DNA of 63,883 nt, counting the filler, from Globobulimina sp. (lineage: Eukaryota), in the NCBI GenBank assembly GCA_003354225.1. It is 53 parts of 53 records of this genome, joined end to end, with 100 filler letters (N's around TTAATTAATTAA, not from the genome) between each part and the next. Parts side by side here need not be neighbours in the genome. Positions count along the whole stretch, not along the records: positions 1 to 1,108 come from PIVH01023311.1; positions 1,209 to 2,316 come from PIVH01023312.1; positions 2,417 to 3,524 come from PIVH01023313.1; positions 3,625 to 4,732 come from PIVH01023314.1; positions 4,833 to 5,940 come from PIVH01023315.1; positions 6,041 to 7,148 come from PIVH01023316.1; positions 7,249 to 8,356 come from PIVH01023317.1; positions 8,457 to 9,564 come from PIVH01023318.1; 45 more parts are not named here. One strand, written 5' to 3'. Below the pieces are notes generated by a model, which did no database searches, had not been told where the DNA came from, and was given only the letters and a program-made list of their open reading frames with translations. The position numbers and the translations under genes are program-made. Positions 1-10,466 of the stretch are shown piece by piece; positions within the stretch are counted from its first letter, which is position 1; every line of letters starts with the position of its first letter.

Positions 1-179
1 TGGTAAAAATAAAGGGCAACAAAAAGCAGTTGTAACTGATGACCAAATGGAATGTTATCATGCAAGAGCTTTGTTTAATAAAAAATTAATAGAGCATAAA
101 CATGTTGCTGGATTCGGTGAAGGAGTTCGTGTTACTGAGCTTGGGAAACGGTTTTTGTATTTAGTTAAAAGGGGTTAAA

Positions 180-518
180 ATGATTGACCATAAACTTTGT
201 GAAAAAATACTTTCACTAATTGACACATGCAGAATAGACGAAAATATGACTTCTCATGAAATAACACCATTGTTATCTGAGTTAATCTTCCCTTCAAACA
301 ATAAAAAATATCTATCTGTTTTTGTAACATTAGTAAACGGGTTTGTTGTAATTAGTATTGAGAAATGCGAGCATCGTTTTAATATCACAGACAATAAAAA
401 AGCTAAAGATTTTCTTGACAATCTATCTGAAACATTCACCGTAGACCTTTTATTTTCATCTTCTGTCTACCATCCCGCTGAAGAAGGGGTTGACGAAAAT
501 TTTGATTTTGTTGACTGA
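180..518 (+). CDS. Hypothetical protein, phage/bacterial-like
   Basis: Intact 112-aa ORF; purine-rich AAGGGG a few nt before the ATG; tightly packed behind an upstream ORF ending at TAA; no introns. Confidence 0.5.
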   Translation: MIDHKLCEKILSLIDTCRIDENMTSHEITPLLSELIFPSNNKKYLSVFVTLVNGFVVISIEKCEHRFNITDNKKAKDFLDNLSETFTVDLLFSSSVYHPAEEGVDENFDFVD

Positions 519-529
519 ATCAATTCATA

Positions 530-1060
530 TTAAAAAAACAGATTCTGTTGTAATATTTCTTTAATGTTATCTTGTTTCCAGTAAGGAATTCTAATCAACT
601 TAATATCCTTATTAAAACAATAATTATCTTTTATTTTATCGTTTAATTGAGTTCGTTTTAAACTTTCTTGATTATATATAGGAATATAATGCTGCTCCCC
701 GTCATATTCAATTAATATATTATGATCTGGTAAATAAAAATCGAATGGCATACTTCGTTTATTTTTACAATCTTGAAATAAATATTCTTCTATATAATCT
801 ATATTATTTTTTATTAACAAATCACATATTAATTGAACAGGTAATGATTTTTTACAATATGAACATCTATTTCCGCTTTTATGATTGTTTGGCGTTCTAT
901 CAAAGATTGTATCACACTTTAAACATTTCATTTTCATATTTGTGTGATTGTTTATATATGTATCCCAATAATAATGAAAATCTTTTGGTGAATGTATAAT
1001 ATCAAACGCTTCCTTTTGTTGAATAGAAGTTAATACTAAAAAATCATTAGCACATTTCAA
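530..1060 (-). CDS. Zn-ribbon + PD-(D/E)XK/Vsr-like putative homing endonuclease (DUF723/DUF2726-like) of phage or large DNA virus type, 5'-truncated
   Basis: CxxC...CxxC then FDFYLPDHNILIEYDGEQHY ... ND..KDNYC...IKLIRIPYW motif series. Confidence 0.75.
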   Translation of the reverse strand: MKCANDFLVLTSIQQKEAFDIIHSPKDFHYYWDTYINNHTNMKMKCLKCDTIFDRTPNNHKSGNRCSYCKKSLPVQLICDLLIKNNIDYIEEYLFQDCKNKRSMPFDFYLPDHNILIEYDGEQHYIPIYNQESLKRTQLNDKIKDNYCFNKDIKLIRIPYWKQDNIKEILQQNLFF

Positions 1061-1108
1061 GCAACAAAATTTATGATATCCTGTTGTGAGAATTGATAAA
1101 CAGCATTA

Positions 1109-1208
1109 NNNNNNNNNNNNNNNNNNNNNNNNNNNNNNNNNNNNNNNNNNNNTTAATTAATTAANNNNNNNNNNNNNNNNNNNNNNNNNNNNNNNNNNNN
1201 NNNNNNNN
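1109..1208. other. Artificial contig-joining spacer (first of about 52 copies, recurring about every 1207-1208 bp)
   Basis: 44 N + TTAATTAATTAA (stops in all six frames) + 44 N, repeated regularly; contig lengths fall from 1108 to 1106 bp. Confidence 0.98.
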
Positions 1209-2287
1209 AAAAATTTTACATTTTGTTTTCTGGTTTGATTATTATTTTTAGCTGAATTCCCATCGGATTCATCAGCATCAGGCTCGTCCATCACATGATC
1301 TCTATAATCATTCATATACACTCCTTCATTATGCCAACGAGACGGATCAATCACTAACTGATCACTGCCTTTTTTACCCCAAAACAATTTACTCCGCTTC
1401 TCGTCCAAATGGCCAATCAAATCAAACAAAGTGGTTTGACCCAATTCTCTTTCTAAATGCTCCAAATGTTGCGATGCTGCGCCAACTCTTTTCACACAAC
1501 CTGCATATTCGAATAATAATGTATCACAAACTATTTTTTCAGTGGCAAATAATCCGTATGCTTTCCGTGAATGAACGCCATATTTCTTGGCTGGATTCTC
1601 AGCATCGGTTATCTCGCCAATTACAAATGATTTATTTGATACGTTGTGATCCCATTTACGCCAATCGCGACACAAAAAAGTTAAAATTATATCACGAATA
1701 CGCGGCAAATCACAATCCCAATCGCTATTAACTGAACGTAGATGGTATTTGGGTAACATTTGTTGCTTATATTTATTTAATTTCATTCCTCGTTTTAAAT
1801 GCATTCCAATGCAGCTTTCTTTTTGTACTTCCTTTTGCAACCATTTCCTATATCTTTTTGTAACCATTTTCATCCGTTCATAGGTATCTGTGGTATATTT
1901 TTGCCGACGGATAATATACTTTTCATTCATTATATCTTCTAATTGAACTGCAATGAATTTGTCTTCATTTGATTTCATATCTATATCTTCATTGTCATCA
2001 TTATTTATTTCAAGATTTCCCATTTTTGAAGAAATATCCACATCCTCGTTTTCATGCTCATCCTCGAAATATCCACATCCTACTTCGGCTTTATTTTCAT
2101 TCTCTTGTTTGACGAAATTGATTATATTCTGTGCTTTTAAAGGCACTTTTTTATTTTGCCAATATTCATCCACCAATTCCATAAAAGAAAAGGATGCTTC
2201 TGTTTTGCAACAAGCTTCATTTGGATAATTCTTCCATTTTACGGTATATTCATCATAGATAATATCATAATCGATGACCTTCTCCAC
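1209..2287 (-). CDS. Chromodomain + SET-domain protein (partial)
   Basis: N-terminal VEKVID...EYTVKWKNY (chromo); YGLFAT...LFEYAG and VIDPSRWHNEGVYMND (SET motifs); runs into the spacer. Confidence 0.7.
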
Positions 2288-2503
2288 TTAAAATTCGGCA
2301 TTTTTACTAAAATTATNNNNNNNNNNNNNNNNNNNNNNNNNNNNNNNNNNNNNNNNNNNNTTAATTAATTAANNNNNNNNNNNNNNNNNNNNNNNNNNNN
2401 NNNNNNNNNNNNNNNNATAAGTCTATTCCAAATTTGGTTCTATCATTTCTATCATCAGCACTTATCAAAGTAGCCAACATATCTAAAAATCCACCATCTA
2501 TAA

Positions 2504-3337
2504 TCATTGCTTTAACATATTAATAAATATTTTAATAATATTCTGCGTAAGTTCATAAGCCCTGAAATCGCTGTTTGTTTTGAGCCAAACATTACAAACC
2601 GATGCAACAAAGCCTTCCATTGCCATGTATTTAAAAGTACCGCTACTCAATATTCCAGTTGTTATTTGCAGCAATGAATCCCCATCGTTAAGTTGCACCA
2701 ATTTATTCATAGTGTATGATAGCAACAATGCTCCTGTTTCATGTGATAAATGTGAGATATTCCAAGCGACAATGGAAAGAACCATATGATTGGATTTATT
2801 TCGAATCAATATCTGCTCGAATTTACGCACCAAATCTTCACTATATTCACGGAGATAAATAGGAGGAATGAAATCTTTTTGATATTGCTGACATAATTGA
2901 AGTGCATACAAATTCTTATCATCATCGTCAGACAAAATATTTTCAATTATTGCTCTTTTAAATGGGAGAATACGCATAAACGGCAATTCCTTATCAATGT
3001 CATTGACCGATGCGTCTCGTCTGGCGGCAATGGCTAATAATCGGTTACTTTGTTGCGCGGTATTTCGTTCATTTGGAGTTAGAAATCGCATCATATTCGA
3101 TAAACAGTCATAAGGTAAATCGGTGAGACATAGCGAGTGTACATTCTCATTGCGTTTATATTCATTATCTGTACATATGTTATCACTCAACAATTGATAT
3201 AATTTGTGATGCCTTTCAATGGATAATGTATGCAATGAATGTAACAATAACGACACAATTCCACCAATTGCAAACACATCATGGATAACATCATTTTGTA
3301 TTAATCGCAATTTGTTTGAATCGAATTGCTCCAACAA
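2504..3337 (-). CDS. F-box-like motif protein with helical C-terminus
   Basis: LTDLPYDCLSNMMRFL F-box-like motif within a 277-aa ORF. Confidence 0.45.
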   Translation of the reverse strand: MLEQFDSNKLRLIQNDVIHDVFAIGGIVSLLLHSLHTLSIERHHKLYQLLSDNICTDNEYKRNENVHSLCLTDLPYDCLSNMMRFLTPNERNTAQQSNRLLAIAARRDASVNDIDKELPFMRILPFKRAIIENILSDDDDKNLYALQLCQQYQKDFIPPIYLREYSEDLVRKFEQILIRNKSNHMVLSIVAWNISHLSHETGALLLSYTMNKLVQLNDGDSLLQITTGILSSGTFKYMAMEGFVASVCNVWLKTNSDFRAYELTQNIIKIFINMLKQ

Positions 3338-3405
3338 TTGATTATTTTGAATCTATCCACACTCAAATTTCTCACTTGTGCTGACTTGGTATAAACTGAA
3401 GGTGC

Positions 3406-3524
3406 CACTCATTTCAAAGTAAAATAACTAGCTACAATTTGGATATGATATAGCTGTATGTATTCTAACAACAGATCTGAAACCCATTTTGTGCCATTGT
3501 GGATAACAAAAAAGTTATACTCAC
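3406..3524. repeat. 119-bp repeat, copy 1 (identical to 61353-61471)
   Basis: Direct comparison: CACTCATTTCAAAGT...AAGTTATACTCAC identical; both copies end exactly at a contig end. Confidence 0.95.
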
Positions 3525-3642
3525 NNNNNNNNNNNNNNNNNNNNNNNNNNNNNNNNNNNNNNNNNNNNTTAATTAATTAANNNNNNNNNNNNNNNNNNNN
3601 NNNNNNNNNNNNNNNNNNNNNNNNTCCGTAATTTCTGCTCTA

Positions 3643-4685
3643 AAATGCCAGCCAGTTCTCAAAATGCCAGCCAAATGTTGCGTTTTCAAAGCAACCAGTT
3701 TTAACAGTCAAGTTCAGCGACTTCCCTTTAACAAACAAACAAAGAACAGTCGCGTTAAACAATCAACAAAGTATAAATCATTTAAACTTCAATTATAATG
3801 GTCATCTAGCTCAAGAAGAGCAATTGGCTTATACCATATATGCAGGTTCAATTCCTGCGGTGACTGGCTGTGGTGGAGACACGAAAGGTGCGTTTTTATT
3901 ATTTTAAATATATTGGTCGGTGGATATTAATATGACTACATACAATAAGGCATTTGGGGAAACAAACTGATTGGAACCATGCAATCTGTGATTGGAATCA
4001 GAATCATTGGATTATACCGCATTTCCGCATATCAAATTTGTGGAAAAGAATAAGTTATGGTGTAGGTCAAGGAGGTGGATGAATTTTGGTTAGCCACAAA
4101 GGAAAAGAGAGACAATATTTGTTTGGAAACAAGAACATATTATTGTGTGCAAGGATTGTTTTGTTGCTACAAAGTGCAAGGATATTAAAAAATGCAGCAT
4201 TTTTGCGCAAATGATAATTTTCTATACTATCCTTGCAAAACAAGTTCTCACCAAAAATATACGCCATATCACTCATCACTGCTTTTTGTATCAATTATCC
4301 AAATGATTGTCTCTTTTCCTTTGTGGCCAACCAAAATTCATCCACCTCCTTAACCTACACACCATAACCTATTCTTTTCGACAAATTTGATATGCGGAAA
4401 TGCGGATAATCATCTCTTAATCCAATGATTCGTCCTCCACTTTTATGTCCTCCACGTTCCTTTGATTATATTACGAATAATGCAAATAATAATATTCCAA
4501 TGGTAAAATACAATCCTATCCAAATTCCAGTTTCCCATTCATGACATTTCATGTGTACATAAATAAGTCTTTCATTTCCTATACAAACATAAAAGACAGC
4601 AAGAAAAATGACTAGAGAGCAGAGTGGTGAACCTAAAGTTGGAAAACAAGCATTTGGCTGGCATTTTGAAAACTGGCTGGCATTT
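3643..4685. mobile_element. Non-autonomous TIR element candidate with nested inner inverted repeat
   Basis: 35-bp inverted repeats 3643-3677 / 4651-4685 (1 mismatch); inner imperfect IR of about 120-130 bp at 4001-4121 / 4300-4431; no transposase ORF. Confidence 0.65.
3800..3866 (+). ncRNA. tRNA-like cloverleaf with degenerate anticodon arm
   Basis: Acceptor GGTCATC/GGTGACT, TA, D-arm GCTC-AAGAA-GAGC, T-arm GCAGG-TTCAATT-CCTGC; anticodon arm only TGG-CTTATA-CCA. Confidence 0.65.
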
Positions 4686-6324
4686 CTGAACGGACACAAT
4701 TTTGAGAGTCAAAACAAGTTTTCAGTTTGCTGNNNNNNNNNNNNNNNNNNNNNNNNNNNNNNNNNNNNNNNNNNNNTTAATTAATTAANNNNNNNNNNNN
4801 NNNNNNNNNNNNNNNNNNNNNNNNNNNNNNNNTTAAGTAGGGTGAAAAATTTAAAAAATTGTGTTATGGAAGCAATGACTTTTGGAAGATTGAAAAAATG
4901 TAAAAACAAAGATACTGAGAAGAGATTAGAAGAGGAAAATCGATTAAGTGAATTAGAAAAAAACCTAAAAGATTTTGAATTTTGTAATATGAATAATGAC
5001 TTTGAAATGATTGACATTGCTGAAAGTGAAGAAAATTGGAGTGACCATCCAAGTGACGAGGATGTAATACAAGACATAAATAGAGATATATTGGATGACA
5101 GTGAGGATGCGATGGAAGTTGATGAAGAAGACTTTGTTAGTTTTTGAATGAAAAAAAAGGAAAATATACAAGACATTTGTTTTGAATGACCTGTGTGTTT
5201 CCTATTGTTTTAATAAAAAGTTACACCTGTTTTTTGGAAATATTTCAAACACAGAAAATTAGCCTCTCACCAGTCCCACAAAAAAAAATGGTAAGAAAAT
5301 GATGGGTTGCATTCACGATTCATTAATCTGTAGGCAGATTGAACTAAATTATCAGTAAACGGCTTCTGCAATTCCTTATTAAGTTCGTTGATTTTAACAT
5401 TGTGTAACCTCGGATTTGGAATATTGTGCGGTTTCACTTTATCGTGTTTAGGATAAATATTATTCTGGTATTTGGGTATTGCACGCTAATCCAAATGCAT
5501 GACTGGCTCATCCCCAATATGCGCAATATCCCGATGACAAAAACGTTGCGCATATATGTTCGGTTTAGCGTGGTTACAATATTTTTGTATCTGATTCAGT
5601 ATCATCGTATTTCCGATCACAGCCATCGTTATTCGTCTCGTTTCCATTGTTAATGAGATACTGTATATTTTGATTCGATGTGCTGGGATGATTTAATCGC
5701 TGGATTTTGTCTTTCAGTTTGCATGGTGTAATGTGCTTGGTATTGGTATGTGTAACATAATTCTGGATAACGACTCGCTTTCTATGTCTCACAGCCTTTC
5801 GATTAATACGTCTCAGCTCATTGATACGATCCTTTAGCTCCTGTTAATGCGGGCGACCCGTGTGGTTGTCCATGTGATCATACATCAATGTATGATCAAA
5901 TTCATATGGATAACTACAGAGCTTTTTTTTTTTTTTTTTTNNNNNNNNNNNNNNNNNNNNNNNNNNNNNNNNNNNNNNNNNNNNTTAATTAATTAANNNN
6001 NNNNNNNNNNNNNNNNNNNNNNNNNNNNNNNNNNNNNNNNATATGATATTTCATAGCCAGTCGATAAAAAAAATTCGTATTCTTTCAACCACTTTAAATT
6101 ACTCTCCACGTTTTTACTGTTCGTGTTACCCATTTCACGCAAATGAAAACTTATTTTGTTGGTCAAGGGAGGATGCTGTTTGATTTTCAAACTAAGTTTA
6201 AAAAACTGTTTTTTGTTTTAATAAATAATTTCGAATATGATAATGAAATATGCTGAGCCCACGTTCAAGAGTCGGCGTTTTATTGGTCATGAACTTATTT
6301 TTATTGTATACAAATAGCAAACAA

Positions 6325-7149
6325 TTAAAAAATCAATACAATCCAGTTCCCAAATATTGAGTTTGTTGTAACAATGTTTGTTTCATTATGAGCATCAAAA
6401 TTGTATGAACCCAGACCAATGCTTTGATTCTTTGCATTAAACTTAAAATCTGCATTATGCACAGCAGTATTTTGTGTGAAAACAAATTGTGAATTAACCA
6501 TTCTTCTTCCTTCTCGGATATATATTTGTGTTGGGAAATAATTATTGTCCACAAATTCATCGCCACACCATCCCCATTCATTATTCATTGCATTCCGAAC
6601 ATTTTCCGGTACACTTTCATCGCTACACAAAAACCATAACAATCCCAGCGTATAATTCCTTGTTTCCTCAGCAATTCTATGTCGATTTGCATGTGTATTG
6701 TTTATATAATTGCTGCTATGTCCGAGATAATCCGTAGATAGAGAGCCACAGTTATTACAGTCATACTTTCCATTGGGTATTGCCCCCGTATTGCATGAGG
6801 GTACTCCGCCAGTGCCTGCATAGCAATTGTTACATTTTTATATAATATATACTAGCAATCATACCATACCAACTGGTGTTATTTTATTTTGCCTTCTCAA
6901 CAATTCCCAGCGTACAGGGTCGTAACTGTCCGGTTTGCTGAATGGAACTCTTTTTGCTGCATTTTTTGTAACACACAACCTATAATTCAAAGATTCGACT
7001 CTTTCATCGGACTGTCCAGGAGTTTCGCCATCAAATGCTTGTACCAACGGCAATAAGTTACCATTATCATCATATGGATTGACATAAAAAGCAAAATTAT
7101 TCTTTGAGGTTGGGGTTGATCGCCCATTTAATGTCTCATTATATTCGTN
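6325..7149 (-). CDS. FAD-dependent oxidoreductase (FAD_oxidored / xanthan-lyase-associated type), partial, spliced
   Basis: NYRLCVT..YDPVRWELLRR; after the GT-AG intron 6816-6869 it reads GTGGVPSCNTGAIPNGKYDCNNCGSLSTD, then PTQIYIREGRRM and SIGLGSYNFDAH. Confidence 0.75.
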
Positions 7150-7285
7150 NNNNNNNNNNNNNNNNNNNNNNNNNNNNNNNNNNNNNNNNNNNTTAATTAA
7201 TTAANNNNNNNNNNNNNNNNNNNNNNNNNNNNNNNNNNNNNNNNNNNNTGCAAATTTCAAGACAAATTCATCAAAATCCGAAGCA

Positions 7286-8097
7286 ATGACAACTAAAATA
7301 TTCAACTTCCAACGCAGTTTTCTTTGGTTTCATCACATCCATAGAAAAAAATACAAAGTCGATCAACTTTCCAAACAATTGCAGTTGACCGGGTTTTGTG
7401 TGACAGGCAAACCGGGCGTTGTTGTCATCGAAGGGCTGAATCACAATGTTAATGAATATATTTCTGAATTAAAAGTTGAGTGATTTTGAGAGTTTATACC
7501 TGTTCATATCATTTGTGATGAATAAAGAGTTGGAGTTGGAAGAGAATGATAGTGCGACATAGTGAGAATGAGATATTTAGTGAGAAACTGGAATTTGAGA
7601 ATGCGCGGAGATACAAAGAATGGATATTTAATGACATAGCACCATTTACTAAAGGCGGAATGAAGAATGTTTATGCTTTGTTAAAAAAAGGAAATTTGGA
7701 ACATTATTACAAAGTAATTGTGCATATAAATACTTCTATCGATTGTACGCATGCACTGAAATCGAATGAATTGCCATATTTGTCTGCACATAAAAATGGA
7801 GTTTTATTGGATGTGTCGGTCAAAGTAAAGGCAAAGAAAGATGGTCAAAATATACTGGATGGGAATGGTCAGCGTTTGGAGTTTGAAATAGCACAACAAC
7901 GAACTGATGATGATGCGGTAAATAATAAAATATGTGACTACATTGCAAATGTTTTGGGCTGCACTAAAAGCAATGTTATCATTCATAGAGGACATAAATC
8001 GCGCAATAAATGTGTGTTGGTTCAAAATATAACTTTGCAATATGTGAGCAACAAAATTCAAAAAAAATGTAGGGGAAATTCTGTATGGTTTTGTTAG
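7286..8097 (+). CDS. DUF1115 (RWDD2 C-terminal-like) fused to DUF167/YggU-like domain, one intron
   Basis: FLWFHHI...LTGFCVTGKPGVVVIEG; GT-AG intron 7475-7527 joins in frame to SWSWKRM and the 7546 ORF; C-terminal VSVKVKAK...AVNNKICDYIANVLG.TKSNV.I.RGHKSRNK. Confidence 0.7.
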
Positions 8098-8520
8098 TGC
8101 ATTATTTATAAACTACAAAAAAGTCCGTGTATAATTAGCAACACCTCCCTTAAACATAATGCTTGTCGCATGTTGACTCTCTCCATTTGTAAAATAAAAA
8201 TACACCAATTCCTGATCTGTCCCATCATCCAACCATCGGCACGCACTTTCATGCAAACTATAGGCCCGAAAAACATTCTTATCATAAACTTGTCCATTTT
8301 CTTCATTCTTAAACACATTCAACCTCAATGTCTCACCGATGGCGGATTGCTTCTTGNNNNNNNNNNNNNNNNNNNNNNNNNNNNNNNNNNNNNNNNNNNN
8401 TTAATTAATTAANNNNNNNNNNNNNNNNNNNNNNNNNNNNNNNNNNNNNNNNNNNNTAATTTGGTTTGTAGTTGTCACTGCACATTTATTATTTATATAA
8501 ACATCATATATGTCCAACAG

Positions 8521-9366
8521 ACTATTTTTCGCCAAGGATGTTTATCCATCGGTATCGACGAAGGACGCATCATAATACCCTCTGACTTATATGATAAAAA
8601 GAATTTAAATCAAGTAATATCGAATTTATATGCTCTCTCTGGGATGTCTGTAAAATATGGCTTCAAAGGCCCTGTATTGGAGGAAGAACCGCCGAAAGAA
8701 GAAGAAGAAAAGGAAGCAACTCCCGAACCATCACCAGAGCCGGAACCTGAACCTGAACCATCGCCAGAACCGGAACCAGAGCCATCACCATCGCCTGAAC
8801 AGAAAGTGGACGATAGCTGTTTATTGTCGATATTTAAGACCTTGCCCTATAAGAAAATGGGCGATGATGATGGTAGAATTCATTGGACTCAGTTTCGAGA
8901 CTTTGTTAAAAATTATACAGGCATCGATGAGGATAAATTGCGTAAAATATTCGATGATATTGATACTGACCGCGATGAATATATCACAAGGGAACAATAT
9001 AGGATTTGGATGGACAAATTAAATTCACTCCATTTGGATGTTTTGTTGAAAGGAATGAGTGAATATATTGCGTCGAGTGGTAAATATATTGAGTTTTCTT
9101 TCAATCAGACTGGCGTTGATTGGTTATATTCGGAGTTAAGCAAATTAAATATTCAATCTTTGGATAATGACAATAATGGAAGTGTAACACATAAAGCATT
9201 CAAAGAGTATATTGTTGGATTGGGCAAAAATGTTCCAAATATGGTTATTGATAAAGTATGGCATGTCATTGATCCACAAAAGAAAGGAATAATTAGTACT
9301 GCGGATTATACACAATATGTAAATGCATTGGATGCTGATTTATTAAAGAATACCATTATTGGATAA
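8521..9366 (+). CDS. Calponin-homology C-terminal half + PE-rich linker + EF-hand protein (5'-truncated)
   Basis: FRQGC..GI....IIIPSDLYDKKNLNQVISNLYALS (CH); EPSPEPEPEP linker; DTDRDEYITREQY and further EF-like loops; upstream CAG acceptor at 8518-8520. Confidence 0.7.
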   Translation, partial: TIFRQGCLSIGIDEGRIIIPSDLYDKKNLNQVISNLYALSGMSVKYGFKGPVLEEEPPKEEEEKEATPEPSPEPEPEPEPSPEPEPEPSPSPEQKVDDSCLLSIFKTLPYKKMGDDDGRIHWTQFRDFVKNYTGIDEDKLRKIFDDIDTDRDEYITREQYRIWMDKLNSLHLDVLLKGMSEYIASSGKYIEFSFNQTGVDWLYSELSKLNIQSLDNDNNGSVTHKAFKEYIVGLGKNVPNMVIDKVWHVIDPQKKGIISTADYTQYVNALDADLLKNTIIG

Positions 9367-9818
9367 AAAGTAATATGTAAATATTTGTTTGTGTGGTTTT
9401 TTTTTATGTAAATAATATCTTTCCACAAAGTAACCACTACAAAAACAGAAAACATTTAGATTAAAAACTACTGACTAGTCTGCCGCATTAAGTTCAAACA
9501 TCAGCAATTGCAAAAATGACAAAACAAATACATGTCAAATTCTTGCTAAAATAATTAAGGGTAANNNNNNNNNNNNNNNNNNNNNNNNNNNNNNNNNNNN
9601 NNNNNNNNTTAATTAATTAANNNNNNNNNNNNNNNNNNNNNNNNNNNNNNNNNNNNNNNNNNNNGCATGACGTTGCAATACATTCCTTCGCTTTCTTTTT
9701 TTTTATTCCAAGTTAAATTATACCATTTTGTTGCCATACATTCTGTACAAAATAGAAGATTTTATTGAATGTCAGTATGTAAACGTTTTTTTGAACTACA
9801 ACTGAGTATCTCGACAGC

Positions 9819-10466
9819 ATGTCGAAACCTTTAGAGACAGCAGGAATTATAGATTTTGCAACGCCAACATTAGGAGCCACGCAAGATATAAAATCCATTG
9901 TGAAAACCCCAAAAGGAGAGAGATTAAATGAATGGTTGGCCGTAAACACAGTAGATTTTTTCAATGAAATTAGTTTATTATATGGCATAATCACCGATTA
10001 TTGCACCAAAGATACCTGTCCGTGTATGTCAGCTGGACCTAAATATGAATATCTATGGGCGGATGGCATCAAATACAAGAAACCAATCAAAGTATCAGCG
10101 CCCGAATATTTCGACTTGTTAATGACATGGGTCGAGGACCAAATTAACAATGAACAAATATTCCCGATGGAAGAAGGCAATAAATTTCCAAAAAATTTTA
10201 AAACTATCGTCAAGACCATATTTAAGCGGTTATTTCGCGTTTATGGACATATTTATCACTCTCATATTCAAAAATATGTGCAATTAGACGCCGAAGCTCA
10301 TCTTAATTCATGTTTTAAGCATTTCTATTATTTCATCGCGGAGCATAATTTAGTGGATCAGCATGGATTACAGCCTTTGCAACCTCTCATTGATGTTATA
10401 CTTAAAAAGGACGCGTTAACACAGAAATTAAAATATCAACCAAAATTCAAAAATTTGTATCAATGA
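9819..10466 (+). CDS. MOB1: MOB kinase activator (MOB1 family)
   Basis: LNEWLAVNTVDFFNEISLLYG, CPCMSAGPKYEYLWADG, FKRLFRVYGHIYHSH, EAHLNSCFKHF. Confidence 0.95.
   Translation: MSKPLETAGIIDFATPTLGATQDIKSIVKTPKGERLNEWLAVNTVDFFNEISLLYGIITDYCTKDTCPCMSAGPKYEYLWADGIKYKKPIKVSAPEYFDLLMTWVEDQINNEQIFPMEEGNKFPKNFKTIVKTIFKRLFRVYGHIYHSHIQKYVQLDAEAHLNSCFKHFYYFIAEHNLVDQHGLQPLQPLIDVILKKDALTQKLKYQPKFKNLYQ

Noticed and set aside
1109-1208. Regularly spaced TTAATTAATTAA palindrome
   Set aside because: Artificial six-frame-stop linker inside N padding
2288-2290. In-frame TAA in EF*VEKV of the chromodomain, suggesting stop-codon reassignment
   Set aside because: Other genes end normally at TAA/TAG/TGA and have no internal stops; a splice acceptor or an error near the contig end explains it
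3498-3506. Perfect DnaA box (TGTGGATAA) within the 119-bp repeat
   Set aside because: Single 9-mer in AT-rich eukaryote-like context; no box cluster or origin genes
3800-3866. Calling a functional tRNA-Ile(TAT)
   Set aside because: Anticodon stem is only 3 bp with a 6-nt loop and the D-loop lacks GG; kept as tRNA-like only
5923-5940. Terminal poly-T as a retroposon or mRNA tail
   Set aside because: A homopolymer at a contig end, with no TSD or recognisable element visible
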